DNA from: Ostreococcus lucimarinus
Taxonomy: Eukaryota
Assembly (NCBI GenBank): GCA_000092065.1
Contig: CP000581.1
Direction: 5' to 3' (one strand)
Length of the DNA: 64,000 nt
The translations under genes were made by a program, and so were the position numbers. The notes under the pieces are model-generated. The model did not search any database. It was not told the DNA's origin and worked only from the letters and a program-made list of their open reading frames with translations. Of this stretch, positions 48,341 to 59,047 are shown piece after piece (the stretch's first letter is position 1; the number at the start of each line of letters is the position of its first letter).

Positions 48341-48811
48341 CGCGCGCGTCCCGACGCGGGTCTCGCGCGCGCGCGGCGCCGCGCGCGATCTGGCGCGCCG
48401 GCGCGTCGTCGCGGCGTCGCGGCGTCGCGGCGCGCGCGCGCGATCGCGTGCGGCGCCAACATTTCGACCGACCGATAGCCGTACTGTTTACGTAGGTAGA
48501 TTCGCCACGTCACCATATATCCACAACGAAAAAATTACACCAACGTACTGTGAGTGAAACAAGACTGAGGACGTGTTTTTATCGAGGCTTCGCGGGAAAA
48601 AGGCGGCGCGCGCGATCGGATGACAGCTGGCAGCCGCGATCGCGATCGCTCGATGGGTCGCGCGCGCGCGCGCGCCGCAGTTGTCGACGCGCGGTGACGC
48701 ACGCCGAATCTCTGATCGAACGACCGCGCGAATCGCACGGTCGTCGACGAGTCCGCGAACAGTCGCGTGCACTCGAAACCGAGGCGAAGACAAAACCTCG
48801 ATCGTCGCAAG

Positions 48812-51103
48812 ATGGGTGTGTTCACGGATGCTGAAATCACGCCGCTCGTCGTCGCGGGCGTGCCGTTCTTGGGCGGCATCACGGCGTTGATGATGGTTGG
48901 CGTTCTCATGATGCGCGTCAACAAGGCGCCGTCCGGTGAGGGCGCGCAAATCGCGATCGCGAACCAAATCTCCGAAGGCGCGGTGGCGTTTTTGAAGACG
49001 GAGTACAAGTACTTGTTGCCGTTCGTCGCCGCGGTCGCGGCGTTCATCGTCGGTATCTTGGAAAGCCAAGACGCCCCGCCGATGTACGGCGCGGTGGCCT
49101 CCTTGAAGAAGGGTGGCTGGCAAACGATGCTTTGCTTCTTGGTCGGCGCCGCGCTCTCCGCGGGCGCGGGCTGGGCGGGCATGAGCGTCGCGACGAAAAC
49201 CAACGTCAAGACTATGGAAGCCGCGCGCTCGGGCTTGAACCAAGCGCTCCAAATCGCGTTCGCCGGTGGTGCCGTCATGGGCTTCTCCGTCGTCGCATTC
49301 GGTATTCTCGGTCTGACCGTCCTCTTCTACATCTTCGCCGTCGCTCAAAGCTCTCCGGGCGCCAGTGGGCAGGAGCTCGACATGCGTGACGCTATCCGTT
49401 ATCTCTCCGGCTTCGGTTTCGGTGCCTCCTCCATCGCGCTCTTCGCGCGTGTCGCGGGTGGTATCTACACCAAGGCTGCTGACGTCGGCGCCGATCTCGT
49501 CGGTAAGGTTGAAGCCAACATTCCGGAAGATGACCCTCGCAACCCGGCCACGGTCGCCGACAACGTCGGTGACAACGTCGGTGATGTCGCCGGTATGGGT
49601 GCTGATCTTTTCGAATCCTTCTGCGGCTCCATCATCGCGTGCGCCGCGCTTTCCAACAACCTCCGTGAAATGGCCTTGCCGTTCTGGATCTCCGGCTTCG
49701 GCATCCTCGCCGCGACCATCGGCTTCTGGACCGTCTCCACGAAGGATGACGCTTCCCAAACCGACCTCCTCCACGCCCTCCACCGTGGTGTGTACACCGC
49801 CTCTGTCCTCGTGATTGTCTTCGCCATTGCCTGCGTTGAGATCCTCTTCGACGGCAGCAAGCAAGGTTACAGGTACTTTGGCTGCGTCATCCTTGGTCTC
49901 GTCGCCGGTATTCTCATCGGCGAAGCCACCGAGTTCTGCACGTCTTACGCGTACGGTCCGGTCAAGTCCATCACGCACGCCGGTTCCGCCGGTGGTGCTG
50001 CGACTGTCATCATCCAAGGTCTCGGCATCGGTATGATCTCCGTGTTGCCGCCGACCATCATCATCGTCTCCACCGTCATCGCGTGCTTTAACGTCGGAGG
50101 CTCTGGTAACGAAGGTGTGTACGGTATCGCCATCGCTGCGGTTGGCATGTTGTCCACCCTCGGTGTCACCCTCGCCACTGACGCGTACGGTCCGGTTGCC
50201 GATAACGCCGGTGGCATCGCTGAAATGTCTCCGGACGTTCCGGACGAAGTCCGCGATCGCACTGACAAGCTCGATGCGCTCGGCAACACCACCGCCGCCA
50301 CCGGTAAGGGTTTCGCCATCGGCTCCGCTGTCTTGACCGCGCTTTCTTTGATGAACGCGTTCGTTAAGGATGTCCCGTACACCGTCGGAACCAACGATCG
50401 TGCGTTGGGCTCCGCCTTGACGCTCACCGACCCGTACGTGCTCTCCGGCGTCATCTTCGGCGCCATGTTGCCGTTCCTCTTCGCCGCCCTCACCATGCTC
50501 TCCGTGCGCAAGGCTGCTGGCGCGATCATCGTCGAAGTCCAACGCCAATTCCGCGACATTCCGGGTCTCCTTGAAGGCAAGGAAGGTGTCGTGTGCGATC
50601 ACATGGCGTGCGTCACCATGTGCACGAAGGCGTCCGTCGACGAAATGTTGATTCCGGGCATCCTCGCCGTCATGACGCCGATCGCCGTCGGTTTGCTCGT
50701 CGGCGCCAAGTGCCTAGGCGGTCTCCTCGCCGGTTCCATCTCGTCCGGTTTCATGCTCGCCGTGATGATGTCCAACGCCGGTGGCGCTTGGGACAACTCC
50801 AAGAAGTACATCGAAAACGAAAAGGTGTACGGCGGCAAGAAGTCTGACACGCACAAGGCGTGCGTCGTCGGCGACACCGTCGGTGATCCTTTCAAGGATA
50901 CCTCCGGCCCGGCTTTGAACATCCTCATCAAGCTCATGACCATCTTCTCCTTGACCATGGCCCCCGTCTTCCGCTCCGACTGGAAGACGTACTGGTACGG
51001 TCTCATCGTGCTCGCCGTCGAGATCATCTTCGTCGGCGCCGCGTACCACTACGTCTGGGTGGTCAACGGCGAGAAGTGCGTCCCGCCGGAAGAGAAGAAG
51101 TAA
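48812..51103 (+). CDS. AVP1: H+-translocating inorganic pyrophosphatase (V-PPase, AVP1-type)
   Basis: V-PPase signatures are present: [55 protein letters not shown] and [22 protein letters not shown], plus 16 TM-like segments. The ORF 5' end was trimmed to the ATG at 48812 ([12 protein letters not shown]...). Confidence 0.9.
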   Translation: MGVFTDAEITPLVVAGVPFLGGITALMMVGVLMMRVNKAPSGEGAQIAIANQISEGAVAFLKTEYKYLLPFVAAVAAFIVGILESQDAPPMYGAVASLKKGGWQTMLCFLVGAALSAGAGWAGMSVATKTNVKTMEAARSGLNQALQIAFAGGAVMGFSVVAFGILGLTVLFYIFAVAQSSPGASGQELDMRDAIRYLSGFGFGASSIALFARVAGGIYTKAADVGADLVGKVEANIPEDDPRNPATVADNVGDNVGDVAGMGADLFESFCGSIIACAALSNNLREMALPFWISGFGILAATIGFWTVSTKDDASQTDLLHALHRGVYTASVLVIVFAIACVEILFDGSKQGYRYFGCVILGLVAGILIGEATEFCTSYAYGPVKSITHAGSAGGAATVIIQGLGIGMISVLPPTIIIVSTVIACFNVGGSGNEGVYGIAIAAVGMLSTLGVTLATDAYGPVADNAGGIAEMSPDVPDEVRDRTDKLDALGNTTAATGKGFAIGSAVLTALSLMNAFVKDVPYTVGTNDRALGSALTLTDPYVLSGVIFGAMLPFLFAALTMLSVRKAAGAIIVEVQRQFRDIPGLLEGKEGVVCDHMACVTMCTKASVDEMLIPGILAVMTPIAVGLLVGAKCLGGLLAGSISSGFMLAVMMSNAGGAWDNSKKYIENEKVYGGKKSDTHKACVVGDTVGDPFKDTSGPALNILIKLMTIFSLTMAPVFRSDWKTYWYGLIVLAVEIIFVGAAYHYVWVVNGEKCVPPEEKK

Positions 51104-51241
51104 GCAGTTATTCGCACCCCCCAATCTACAGTCGCCCTGATTGATGATTATTGACGAGTTAAATAAAAGCTTAATAGCGCAGCGGCGAAATGACCGCGCG
51201 CACTATTAATACAAACGAAACTAAACACTACTACCGATTCC

Positions 51242-51694
51242 CTACTGATTCCCCGCTCCGCTATCGTTCCAACCCCGTATCCACTCTCGCCCGTGCGCCG
51301 CCCTCGACGCCTCGCTGCTCTTTTCGTCTAAAAACTTCGCGCAGTGCGCCGCGAGCGACGCGTACGCCTCGTTCTCTCGCATCTCCCGCGGCGCCGTCTC
51401 CTGCGCCGTCAACCACTTGAACAGCTCCGGATTTTCAACGTCCAGCACCGCGTCCAGCGCGTCCAAGAATCCATCGCTCGTCGTCGTCGTCGACGCCATC
51501 GCGCGCGCCGCCCACTCGCCGACGACGATGTCCAGCTCCAAGAATCCGCGCTGCTTCGCGCGATACAGCGCGCGATTGATTCGTCGCCGTCTCGCGTCCG
51601 TCGCGTCGTCGCGCGCGTCTCGCGCGGTCGAGATCGCGCGCGCGCGCGTCGTCGCCGCCGCGCGAGACGCGCGTCGCGCGATCGCGCGCAGCAT
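51242..51694 (-). CDS. SDHAF2: succinate dehydrogenase assembly factor 2 (SDHAF2 / Sdh5 flavinylation factor), mitochondrial
   Basis: The 150-aa protein begins with a presequence (MLRAIARRASRAAATTRARAIS...). The Sdh5 block is RRRINRALYRAKQRGFLELDIVVGEWAARAMA...FLDALDAVLDVENPELFKWLTAQETAPREMRENEAYASLAAHCA (compare human [26 protein letters not shown]...[37 protein letters not shown]). It is the 3' part of a 468-aa shadow ORF. Confidence 0.7.
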   Translation of the reverse strand: MLRAIARRASRAAATTRARAISTARDARDDATDARRRRINRALYRAKQRGFLELDIVVGEWAARAMASTTTTSDGFLDALDAVLDVENPELFKWLTAQETAPREMRENEAYASLAAHCAKFLDEKSSEASRAAHGREWIRGWNDSGAGNQ

Positions 51695-51949
51695 CGTCTG
51701 CCGCGCGCCGTCGCGCGCCGTCGCGCGGCGTCGCGTCGTCGCCAGTCGGGGGTCAAAAACGACGACTCGAGTCCTGACTCGAGCGGACCCCCTCGCCGGC
51801 GAAGCCCCCTTCGACGTCGCGTTATCCACTCCCGCGGCGCGGCGACGGCGCGGCGACGCGCCGACGGCGACACTTCGGCGCGCGCGAACGCACGCGAACG
51901 ACGCGAAAGGCGCACCCCGCGCGAACACCCACCGACGAGCGAACGCACG

Positions 51950-52708
51950 ATGGCGACGACGACGCGAGCGCCCGCGATGGCGCGGATGGCGATCCGAAAC
52001 ACCGCGACCCGCGGGAAGACGGCGAGCAAACGCGCGGTGGCGATGCGAGGCACCGAGCGCGTGGACGGAGGGATTTATAAGGAACCCCACCACGGGTTCA
52101 GCGATGAGTTCATCGAGGAGACGCTCGGGAAGTTCCCGGAAGAGGGCATCTGCGATAACCAGGAGGCGATGATTCTCGTCGTCGCGGGCGGGTACAAGAT
52201 TTTGGACGTGCGCGCGGATTCCGAGATTGATTTCGTGGGTAACTACCCGCGGGATCAAATCAACGGCTCGAAGTTCGTCGTGGCGTCGATCGTCAACGCG
52301 ACGCGCAAGTACGACAGCGAGAAGGGCGAAAAGGTGTACCAGCAAAGCGTCAACGCCGACTTCAAGGCGCAAGTTGAAAAATTGTTCCCGGATAAGGAAG
52401 CGAAGGTCATCGTCGCTTGCTCCGATGGCCGCAACCGCACGCTTCAAGCGCTTGAGACCATGGATGAAATGGGCTACGTCAACATCGTCGGTCTCCGCGG
52501 TGGCTACAACTTGTGGAACCGTCAATGGGATGCCAAGCTTCGCACGCGCAACTTGCCGGGCGTCTTCAAGGAAGACTACATCCACGGTGCCGACGGTTGC
52601 GGCGTGCACGCCACCGGTGCGGGTTTCCAAAACCAAGACGCGTTCCAATACGCTGACTGGAGAGACACCACCGAATGGATCGACACCCTTGAACCGGTCG
52701 CGGCGTAA
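51950..52708 (+). CDS. rhodanese-like (sulfurtransferase/phosphatase-fold) domain protein, organelle-targeted
   Basis: The N-terminus is transit-like (MATTTRAPAMARMAIRNTATRGKTASKRAVAMRG). The rhodanese fold includes the active-site-type loop VIVACSDGRNRTLQALETM and ...VVAGGYKILDVRADSEIDF.... The ORF 5' end was trimmed to the ATG at 51950. Confidence 0.6.
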   Translation: MATTTRAPAMARMAIRNTATRGKTASKRAVAMRGTERVDGGIYKEPHHGFSDEFIEETLGKFPEEGICDNQEAMILVVAGGYKILDVRADSEIDFVGNYPRDQINGSKFVVASIVNATRKYDSEKGEKVYQQSVNADFKAQVEKLFPDKEAKVIVACSDGRNRTLQALETMDEMGYVNIVGLRGGYNLWNRQWDAKLRTRNLPGVFKEDYIHGADGCGVHATGAGFQNQDAFQYADWRDTTEWIDTLEPVAA

Positions 52709-52845
52709 GCGAGCGTCTCGACGTTCTCTCGCAAAGCTTTATTAGTACACATTTACAACGCACACGATTCTGTGACGATTCTACAATATAACGCGATCTC
52801 ATCGCCGCTTGCGAGAGTTGAAATATGAACGAAACACACCTCCAC

Positions 52846-54144
52846 CTAGTCTCTGCCGTACGCGTTGATCCAATCCACGAGGCCCATGCTTGACGTCTCC
52901 ACTCGAGCGTCCGATCCCGAGCCCGCGATGGCGCCGATCTCGGCCGCGCCAAAAGTGGCGATTCCAGTGAAGACACCGGGAGGCGAGACTCGCATACGAC
53001 GTGATGAAGCAACGCCAACGCCAGTGAGTACGGCGTCGTGTTCGTATACGTCTAGAAAGGCAAAGCTCGTCTCGCCCTCCGCCGCCTCGAGCATCGCCTC
53101 AAGCGTCACGTAATGAACATCATTTCGATAATGATAGTGTCCGGGATGGTCGTGTCCTGCCAAACAAATCTTCACGCACCCACTGCTTTCTATGAGATCG
53201 GAGACCTCGTCGCTGTTCCAGGCGCTCATCTGATACCGAGCCGCGTCTCTGTGCAAGGCGTTGTGCGACGCGACGATGACTCGCTCGCGTTTCGCCGCCG
53301 CGTCGTTCAGCTCGTCCCGCAACCAGTCAAATTGAACGGGACCGATGCCTCCGCCCCAAGGAACGACATCCTCACGACCCTCGTCCACGGCGTCTTGCGC
53401 GAATCGCATCGCCGCATCGAACTCTGGCGCGTCTCGAGATACGTACCGCGGATTCAAATCCGTCGTGTCCAAAACGATTAATCGCCACCCTCTCGGCATA
53501 CTCGCGCTGTAATACGCCGCCTCGGCGTTCACGGCGCTTAAAAACACCTCTTTCCCGACGTTACAATCGTGATTCCCCACGCAGTGGAACATCCGCACCT
53601 TCGACGCGTTCACCAAATCCGCGACGACCGCCAAGTCTGTTCCGTTCTTTTCCGTCGTCGACGCGCGCATCGGCGTCCGCAGCACCGGCTTCGTCGTCTT
53701 ATCGTCCTCGTTGTACCCATCAAACAAATCACCCAAGTTCACGATTCCGCTCAGCGTCGCCGCTTCGTCTTCGAACGCGCGAATGCACTCTCGCAGTCGT
53801 CGCTCGCTCGCCCTGAACCGCTTCGTCCGCGTCGCGTCGTCCTCCCGCGTCTCGTCCACCTTATCGCCGTACTGCGCGTCCGCGAACACGCCCAGTCGAA
53901 AGCACCGCGTCTTCTCCACGCTCTTCAGCCGCGCGCTCGAGCCGACCGCGTTCACGCGCGGCGCCCGCGTCGTCCTCGCGTCGTCGTCGTCGTCGTCGTC
54001 GCCATCCTTCGTCCTCGCGCGCGCCCTCGTCGTCGCCGCGCCCGCGCGCGAACGCGCCGCACCGTTCGACCGCGTCGGCGGCGCTCGAAGCGCGCCGGCG
54101 CGCGTCGCCGTCGACATCGCGTCGCGCTCTGGCGCGCGCGCCAT
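52846..54144 (-). CDS. ADPRM: calcineurin-like metallophosphoesterase, Mn-dependent ADP-ribose/CDP-alcohol diphosphatase (ADPRM)-like
   Basis: Metallophosphoesterase motifs are present: RLGVFADAQYGD..., GIVNLGDLFDGYN, FHCVGNHD and CLAGHDHPGHYHY. Their arrangement resembles ADPRM. The start is an ATG at 54142-54144; a downstream Met (MSTATRAG) is an alternative. Confidence 0.55.
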   Translation of the reverse strand: MARAPERDAMSTATRAGALRAPPTRSNGAARSRAGAATTRARARTKDGDDDDDDDARTTRAPRVNAVGSSARLKSVEKTRCFRLGVFADAQYGDKVDETREDDATRTKRFRASERRLRECIRAFEDEAATLSGIVNLGDLFDGYNEDDKTTKPVLRTPMRASTTEKNGTDLAVVADLVNASKVRMFHCVGNHDCNVGKEVFLSAVNAEAAYYSASMPRGWRLIVLDTTDLNPRYVSRDAPEFDAAMRFAQDAVDEGREDVVPWGGGIGPVQFDWLRDELNDAAAKRERVIVASHNALHRDAARYQMSAWNSDEVSDLIESSGCVKICLAGHDHPGHYHYRNDVHYVTLEAMLEAAEGETSFAFLDVYEHDAVLTGVGVASSRRMRVSPPGVFTGIATFGAAEIGAIAGSGSDARVETSSMGLVDWINAYGRD

Positions 54145-54202
54145 CGTGATTTCGAGTCGACCTCACTCGTCGTCGCGTCGCGCCGCGCGCGCGGGCGGCG
54201 TC

Positions 54203-57200
54203 ATGTTCGGCGGCGACGGCGCGGACGGTGCGAATCCGTTCGGCGCGCCGCGCGCGCGCGCGTTCGGGACGAGCGCGCGCGACGCGAGCGCGAGTCCGTT
54301 CGGCGCGAGCGACCCGTTCGGGCGCGGCGACGCGAGCGCGACGACGGCGACGACGGCGCCGGGAGGGGCGCCGGGCGCGGGCGGAGGGACGGCGACGCCG
54401 TTCGGGGGGTTCGGGGGGGGCGCGCCGGCGGCGAACGCGCCGGGGGGGGTCGGAGGCGCGAGCGGCGGGTTCGGCGGGTTCGGCGCGAGCGCGAGCGCGA
54501 GTCCGTTCGGGAGCGGGACGGGCGCGGCGGCGCACGGAGCGAGCGGTGGGGGTGGGTCGGCGTTTGGAGGCGGTGCGAACGCGTTCGGGGGTGGAGGGGC
54601 GTTCGGCGCGAGCGCGCCCGCGGCGAGCGCGAGTCCGTTCGGCGCGCCCGCGAGTCCGTTCGGGACGGGCGCGCCCGCGGCGAGCGCGAGTCCTTTCGGC
54701 GCGAGCGCGAGTCCTTTCGGCGCGAGCGCGAGTCCTTTCGGCGCGAGCGCGAGTCCTTTCGGCGCGAGCGCGAGTCCTTTCGGCGCGAGCGCGCCGCAAA
54801 CGGCGCCGTCGACGCCGTTTGCGCCCGTCGCGAGCTCGCCGTTCGGCGGCGGCCCATCGTCGACGACCGCGCTGGTGTTCGGCGCGTTCGGGGCGGCGTC
54901 GCCGAGCTCGACGCCGTCGCCTTTCGCGGTGAAGGTACCAGAACCATCGGCGGCGGCGTCGCCGTTCGGTGGCGGTGGGTTCAGCTTTAGCGCGTCTCCG
55001 ACGACTGCGCCCGCGAGTCCTTTCGGCGCGAGTCCTTTCGGCGCGGCGCCAGCGGTATCTTCGGCTCCGACCGGCGGGATCTTCGGCGTAGCGCCCACGA
55101 CAGGGGGGTTGAGCGCCACGGCATCGCCTTTTGCGCCTAAACCGGCCACATCTGGTTTCGCGTTCGGCGGCGCGAATCCACCAGAGGCGGAGAAACGAGA
55201 CGCCATCGCAAGTATTCCTGCGTTTGGTGGCGGCGCGAAAGCTTTCGTCCCGCCGAAGCCAAAACCCATTGCGGATAGATTAAACTTAGCTAGTGAAGCG
55301 CCATCGACGTCAAATGCTGCGGGCGATGAGACGGGCGAAATCACCACCTCGAGTGGTCACATCGTGGGTACGTGCGATTTGATGTGCCCGGCGAAGGAGA
55401 GAGAATTCAGGAGCGCGAACGGCGACTTGGAAGTGTTCGAGAGAGTCGACCCAGAGGATCGCATGAAGTCTCATCCAGATTTGTGCATTAAAAAATATAC
55501 GCGCATCGTTGATGAAATTACGCCTGACATGGTTCGAACGAAGAAAGGTTTACAGTTGGCGATAGATCAACTTTGGCGAATTCTCGACGCCGAGGACAAA
55601 GACTTCATGACAAAGAGCAAATTTCTTTGGGACAGGCTGCGATCTATTCGCCAGGATTTGAATTTACAGCAAATCACGGATTCGTTCGCGGTAAAGCTAT
55701 TAGAGCAAATGGTTCGTTACACCATCCTAGCCGAACACGAGCTGTGCGAGGCGACAGCGTCGGCGACGAACCCGGACGGGCACAATTCTCACTTGAATGT
55801 TGAGCAGCTGACGAAGACACTCACGTCTCTTCGACACATGTACGACGATCATGCCGATCGTGGTCAGCAACTCGGTATTGATGCCGAGGCCGAGATGTTC
55901 TGTTATCAGCTCTTGCTTCGCATCGACTCGCACGGACGCTACGCCGTGCAACGGTCGGAGATGTTGAACGATTTAAGGAGCGTCCGCGCTGAGGTGCTAA
56001 AGCATCGTGACGTTCAATTCGCGCTCCAGTGTCATCGTGCATATCACGAAAACAACGTCGCCCGATTCTTTCATCTTGTGAAAAAAGCGACGTACGTTCA
56101 AGCTTGCTGTCTGCACAAGTTCTTCAATAGCATGCGTGGTAAAGCGCTCGAGGTCATGAACACGACGTACGGCAAGTTCATCATGCCGATTACCGAAATC
56201 GCGCGTCTTCTGCATACGGATGATATGGAGACGGAGGCGTTGTGTATACATCACGGATTAAACGTCACCAGAGGTAAAGCCGGGGATAAACCACCTGCGG
56301 TGACTATGCGCGAATCGTCGTACATTTCTCCCGCGGAAGAGTTTCCAATCTCGCGCTCAGATTTAATCATGAACAAGCGAGCCGCTTCTTACTTGCTTGA
56401 GATCGTCGGTAAGGACGAATCGGTTAGGATTGCTGCCAAAACGCTCCCAACTATGAGTACACCCAAAACTACGCCACAATTGTCCGAAGCGGATAAACGC
56501 AAGCAGCAGGCTGATGAACTCCGAGCAAAGATTGCGTTGCGCGAATCGCAGCTCGAAAAGGAACGAGCCGCCATTCTCGCCAAGAAGAAGGAGATCGAAG
56601 AACGCAAGGCTGCGGAAAAGAAGGCTGCGGAAGAAGCTGAGCGAAAGGCTAAGGAAGCAGAGGAGGCGGCAAGGCGAGCGGAAGAAGAAGCGAAGGCTGC
56701 CGAGGCGAAGGCGAGAGCTGAGGCTGAAGCTGCGGAAGCCGAGCGAAGACGTCTCGCAGAAGAAGCCGCTCGAGCCAAAGCCGAAGCTGAGGCGAAGGCG
56801 CTCGCTGAGGCTGAGCGACGAAAAGCAGAAGAGGAAGCGGAACGTCAACGAGTACTTGCCGAGGAACGAGCTCGAGAGACAGCTGCCGCCGCACACCGGG
56901 CTGCAATCGCAAAAGCCGAAGCCGAAGCTCGCGCGCGCCGCGCTGCCGAGGCTGAGGCTGAGCGACTCCGTCTTATCGCTGAAGAGAACGCTCGACGTCA
57001 AGCGGCTGAGGCAAAAGCAGCGCGAAAGCGAGCGAAAAGGCACATGGCGATCCGCCGACTCACATTTTCTCTTTGGCGTATGAACTCGAAGGAGTTCAAG
57101 CGAGAGCGGTTGATCGGCGAAGCGCTCGCCATGGCAAGTCCTGCGCCGGCGCTGAATCTCGGCGGCAAGGCTCTCCTCGACGCGAGTGCGGCATCTGAGC

Positions 57201-58873
57201 GTCCGACGGACGCGCTTGCGCAACTTCGAAAGAAGATTGAATCTGTCCGCTCGCCAGAATTCGGCGTGCCTTTGGATGTTCCGCAAACCGTTGGATTGGC
57301 GCTGCACGAAGCTGCGGCCACCGCGGCGCCGAGCGCTCTTGTTTGGAAGTGTCTCATCTGCACTGGCGCGGAGGCAGACTCCGGAGCGAGCGCGTCATCA
57401 CGACCGAGGACGACTACAGCGACAATCGTCGCGGAGTGGCTGCGCACGAAACTTTCTCGGGGCGGAAGCGCACACGCGACAGAGCCTGGCACTGGGACGA
57501 TTTTGTCGCTCTACGGCGCCCGACTTCCACTTCCAGGAACTGATGAGGAAAATGATTACATGATGGGTCCTTTGGCCTGGATCGTCGTCAGAGACGTGCC
57601 AGCAATGATGGAAAATTCCAAAGGTTCCAACGCGGGCGCGTCATCGGCGATTTTCGTTCTCGATTGCGGTGGCGGCACGTGTGAGAGTCACGAGCTGAAG
57701 CGTCTTCGAGCGTTCAGCTCAGCGGTGAAGAGGAGTGAAGCGCCGCTTGTAATCTTCGTCGCATCGAGAGACAACACGAATCAGAACGATATCAAGAAAA
57801 GTATCACAAGTTCCGGCATCGAGGGCGCGTTGGTGATATTTCTTCCTCCGAAAGGTCCGGAAGAATGGTCCGACGACAAGTTGTCCGAAGTGCTGGTTTG
57901 GACGGCGGAACGCGCGCCAAAGGCGCCTCGACGCAGGATCGCATATCTTTCGGCAGAAATTGAAGAAGCGTTACGACCAGGCTATGTCAACTTGACGGTC
58001 AAGCCACGTGTGTCTCCGCGAGCGTGCATACGCGCGTTCAACGATGCCCTCGACCAGCTGGAGCATAAAATACTCGAAGCCGCGCAAACTGAGGACGGCG
58101 CTGAATGGCCGCCGGTTGAGATCGGTCTCGTCAACGCGGCGCTTCCGCCGCCTGGCTGGAGATCCAAGTCCCGTCGAACGAAAGTGTTAGATTTGTTGCA
58201 TTCCGTGCGCCTGCCAGATTTCGAGGCTGGAGAGAAGCCCGTGCGCGCTTTCATCGATTACGTCGCAGCGGTGTTACCGCACTACCCGAAAGACTACGGC
58301 CAATGCTTGCTCGCGCAAGCGCGATACGACCCGCATTTCCACAAGCTGCAAGACATTCCGTGGGTGACGCTGTTCCAAACTCTCATCACACTTCTGCTGA
58401 GCGGATTAGAGAGCCAAAGCCGCGACGCGTGCATCTACCTTCCTCCGGGTCATCCCTCGTACGACTTCACGCCGTACGAGCCCGAGCCGGAATTGCTCGC
58501 CGAACGCGCGTCTTCGAAGACGCCGACCGAAGCCTTTGACGACGCCACGAACCGCAAGCGCAAGCACGAGGCGCTCGCCACCGCCATCCCCGAAGCCAGT
58601 CGGTTCGAAGAGATCGACTCCGCACCCTTGGACAACGTTCGCGCCGTCTTGGACGATTTACGTCGCGACGTCGACGCGCACGCGCGCTTCGCCGACGCCT
58701 CCGAGCGTTGGCTCGCCGCGCTCGCGACCAACACCCCCGGCACCGCCGAAGACCCCGAATCGTTCGCCGACGCCGGCGAATCGGACGCGCATCTGACCGC
58801 GTTCAACGCGTCCGTCGCCGCCGAGCGCGCCGCCGAGGCGCGTCTCCGGCTTCTCCTCGACGCCGCGCCGTAG
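54203..58873 (+). CDS. SAC3: SAC3/GANP-family mRNA-export protein with N-terminal FG-repeat (nucleoporin-like) region and a central charged coiled coil
   Basis: The N-terminal approximately 330 aa carry FG/PFG/AFG/GFG repeats (SPFGASASPFG...). The SAC3/GANP homology block is TCDLMCPAKEREFRSANGDLEVFERVDPEDRMKSHPDLCIKKYTRIVDEITPDMVRTKKGLQLAIDQLWRILDAEDKDFMTKSKFLWDRLRSIRQDLNLQQI...VKLLEQMVRYTILAEHELCE. A K/A/E-rich repeat (AEAKARAEAEAAEAERRRLAEEAARAKAEAEAKALAEAERRKAEEE) follows. The ORF 5' end was trimmed from 53711 to the ATG at 54203 (MFGGDGADGANPFG...). Confidence 0.7.
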   Translation: MFGGDGADGANPFGAPRARAFGTSARDASASPFGASDPFGRGDASATTATTAPGGAPGAGGGTATPFGGFGGGAPAANAPGGVGGASGGFGGFGASASASPFGSGTGAAAHGASGGGGSAFGGGANAFGGGGAFGASAPAASASPFGAPASPFGTGAPAASASPFGASASPFGASASPFGASASPFGASASPFGASAPQTAPSTPFAPVASSPFGGGPSSTTALVFGAFGAASPSSTPSPFAVKVPEPSAAASPFGGGGFSFSASPTTAPASPFGASPFGAAPAVSSAPTGGIFGVAPTTGGLSATASPFAPKPATSGFAFGGANPPEAEKRDAIASIPAFGGGAKAFVPPKPKPIADRLNLASEAPSTSNAAGDETGEITTSSGHIVGTCDLMCPAKEREFRSANGDLEVFERVDPEDRMKSHPDLCIKKYTRIVDEITPDMVRTKKGLQLAIDQLWRILDAEDKDFMTKSKFLWDRLRSIRQDLNLQQITDSFAVKLLEQMVRYTILAEHELCEATASATNPDGHNSHLNVEQLTKTLTSLRHMYDDHADRGQQLGIDAEAEMFCYQLLLRIDSHGRYAVQRSEMLNDLRSVRAEVLKHRDVQFALQCHRAYHENNVARFFHLVKKATYVQACCLHKFFNSMRGKALEVMNTTYGKFIMPITEIARLLHTDDMETEALCIHHGLNVTRGKAGDKPPAVTMRESSYISPAEEFPISRSDLIMNKRAASYLLEIVGKDESVRIAAKTLPTMSTPKTTPQLSEADKRKQQADELRAKIALRESQLEKERAAILAKKKEIEERKAAEKKAAEEAERKAKEAEEAARRAEEEAKAAEAKARAEAEAAEAERRRLAEEAARAKAEAEAKALAEAERRKAEEEAERQRVLAEERARETAAAAHRAAIAKAEAEARARRAAEAEAERLRLIAEENARRQAAEAKAARKRAKRHMAIRRLTFSLWRMNSKEFKRERLIGEALAMASPAPALNLGGKALLDASAASERPTDALAQLRKKIESVRSPEFGVPLDVPQTVGLALHEAAATAAPSALVWKCLICTGAEADSGASASSRPRTTTATIVAEWLRTKLSRGGSAHATEPGTGTILSLYGARLPLPGTDEENDYMMGPLAWIVVRDVPAMMENSKGSNAGASSAIFVLDCGGGTCESHELKRLRAFSSAVKRSEAPLVIFVASRDNTNQNDIKKSITSSGIEGALVIFLPPKGPEEWSDDKLSEVLVWTAERAPKAPRRRIAYLSAEIEEALRPGYVNLTVKPRVSPRACIRAFNDALDQLEHKILEAAQTEDGAEWPPVEIGLVNAALPPPGWRSKSRRTKVLDLLHSVRLPDFEAGEKPVRAFIDYVAAVLPHYPKDYGQCLLAQARYDPHFHKLQDIPWVTLFQTLITLLLSGLESQSRDACIYLPPGHPSYDFTPYEPEPELLAERASSKTPTEAFDDATNRKRKHEALATAIPEASRFEEIDSAPLDNVRAVLDDLRRDVDAHARFADASERWLAALATNTPGTAEDPESFADAGESDAHLTAFNASVAAERAAEARLRLLLDAAP
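54680..54785 (+). repeat. 5 tandem copies of a 21-nt unit (gcgagcgcgagtcctttcggc; encodes ASASPFG) inside the SAC3/GANP FG-repeat region
   Basis: Perfect or near-perfect 21-nt tandem copies are visible at 54681-54785 and encode the repeated peptide ASASPFG. Confidence 0.7.
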
Positions 58874-59047
58874 CCACGCCTCGTCGCGCGAGACGAATGT
58901 CGAATGCATCACAATCGCGCGCGCCGCGCCGCGCCGCGCCACCGCACGCGCCGCGCCCGGCGCGACCGCACCGGTGATCGAAATCGCCCGCGCCCGCGCC
59001 CGTCGCCCGCGCGCGACGCCGCGCCCGCGCGCGCGCGTCGTCGACGC

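Noticed and set aside
48488-50602. ORF 48488..50602(-) 704 aa and 48535..49278(-) antisense to the H+-PPase gene
   Set aside because: The antisense frame of a long GC3-rich gene stays open by chance. Its composition is Gly/Asp/Arg/Val-rich without motifs, whereas the sense frame matches V-PPase end to end.
43801-54785. Tandem short repeats (GGCGAG x6 at 43801; 21-nt x5 at 54681; GAC repeats at 41647) as possible CRISPR-like or regulatory arrays
   Set aside because: All lie inside coding sequence and encode low-complexity peptide tracts (GE repeats, ASASPFG, poly-Asp). There are no spacer-repeat structures and the context is eukaryotic, so they are microsatellites or coding repeats, not CRISPR.
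53569-55347. ORFs 53569..54990(+), 53861..54799(-), 54163..55347(-), 54201..54947(-) and 54228..54932(+) over the SAC3 FG-repeat region
   Set aside because: All are alternative-frame readings of the Gly/Ala/Ser/Pro-Phe repeat DNA (they give RRRR/ARAR tracts). Only the frame encoding PFG/AFG/GFG repeats continues into the SAC3 homology block.
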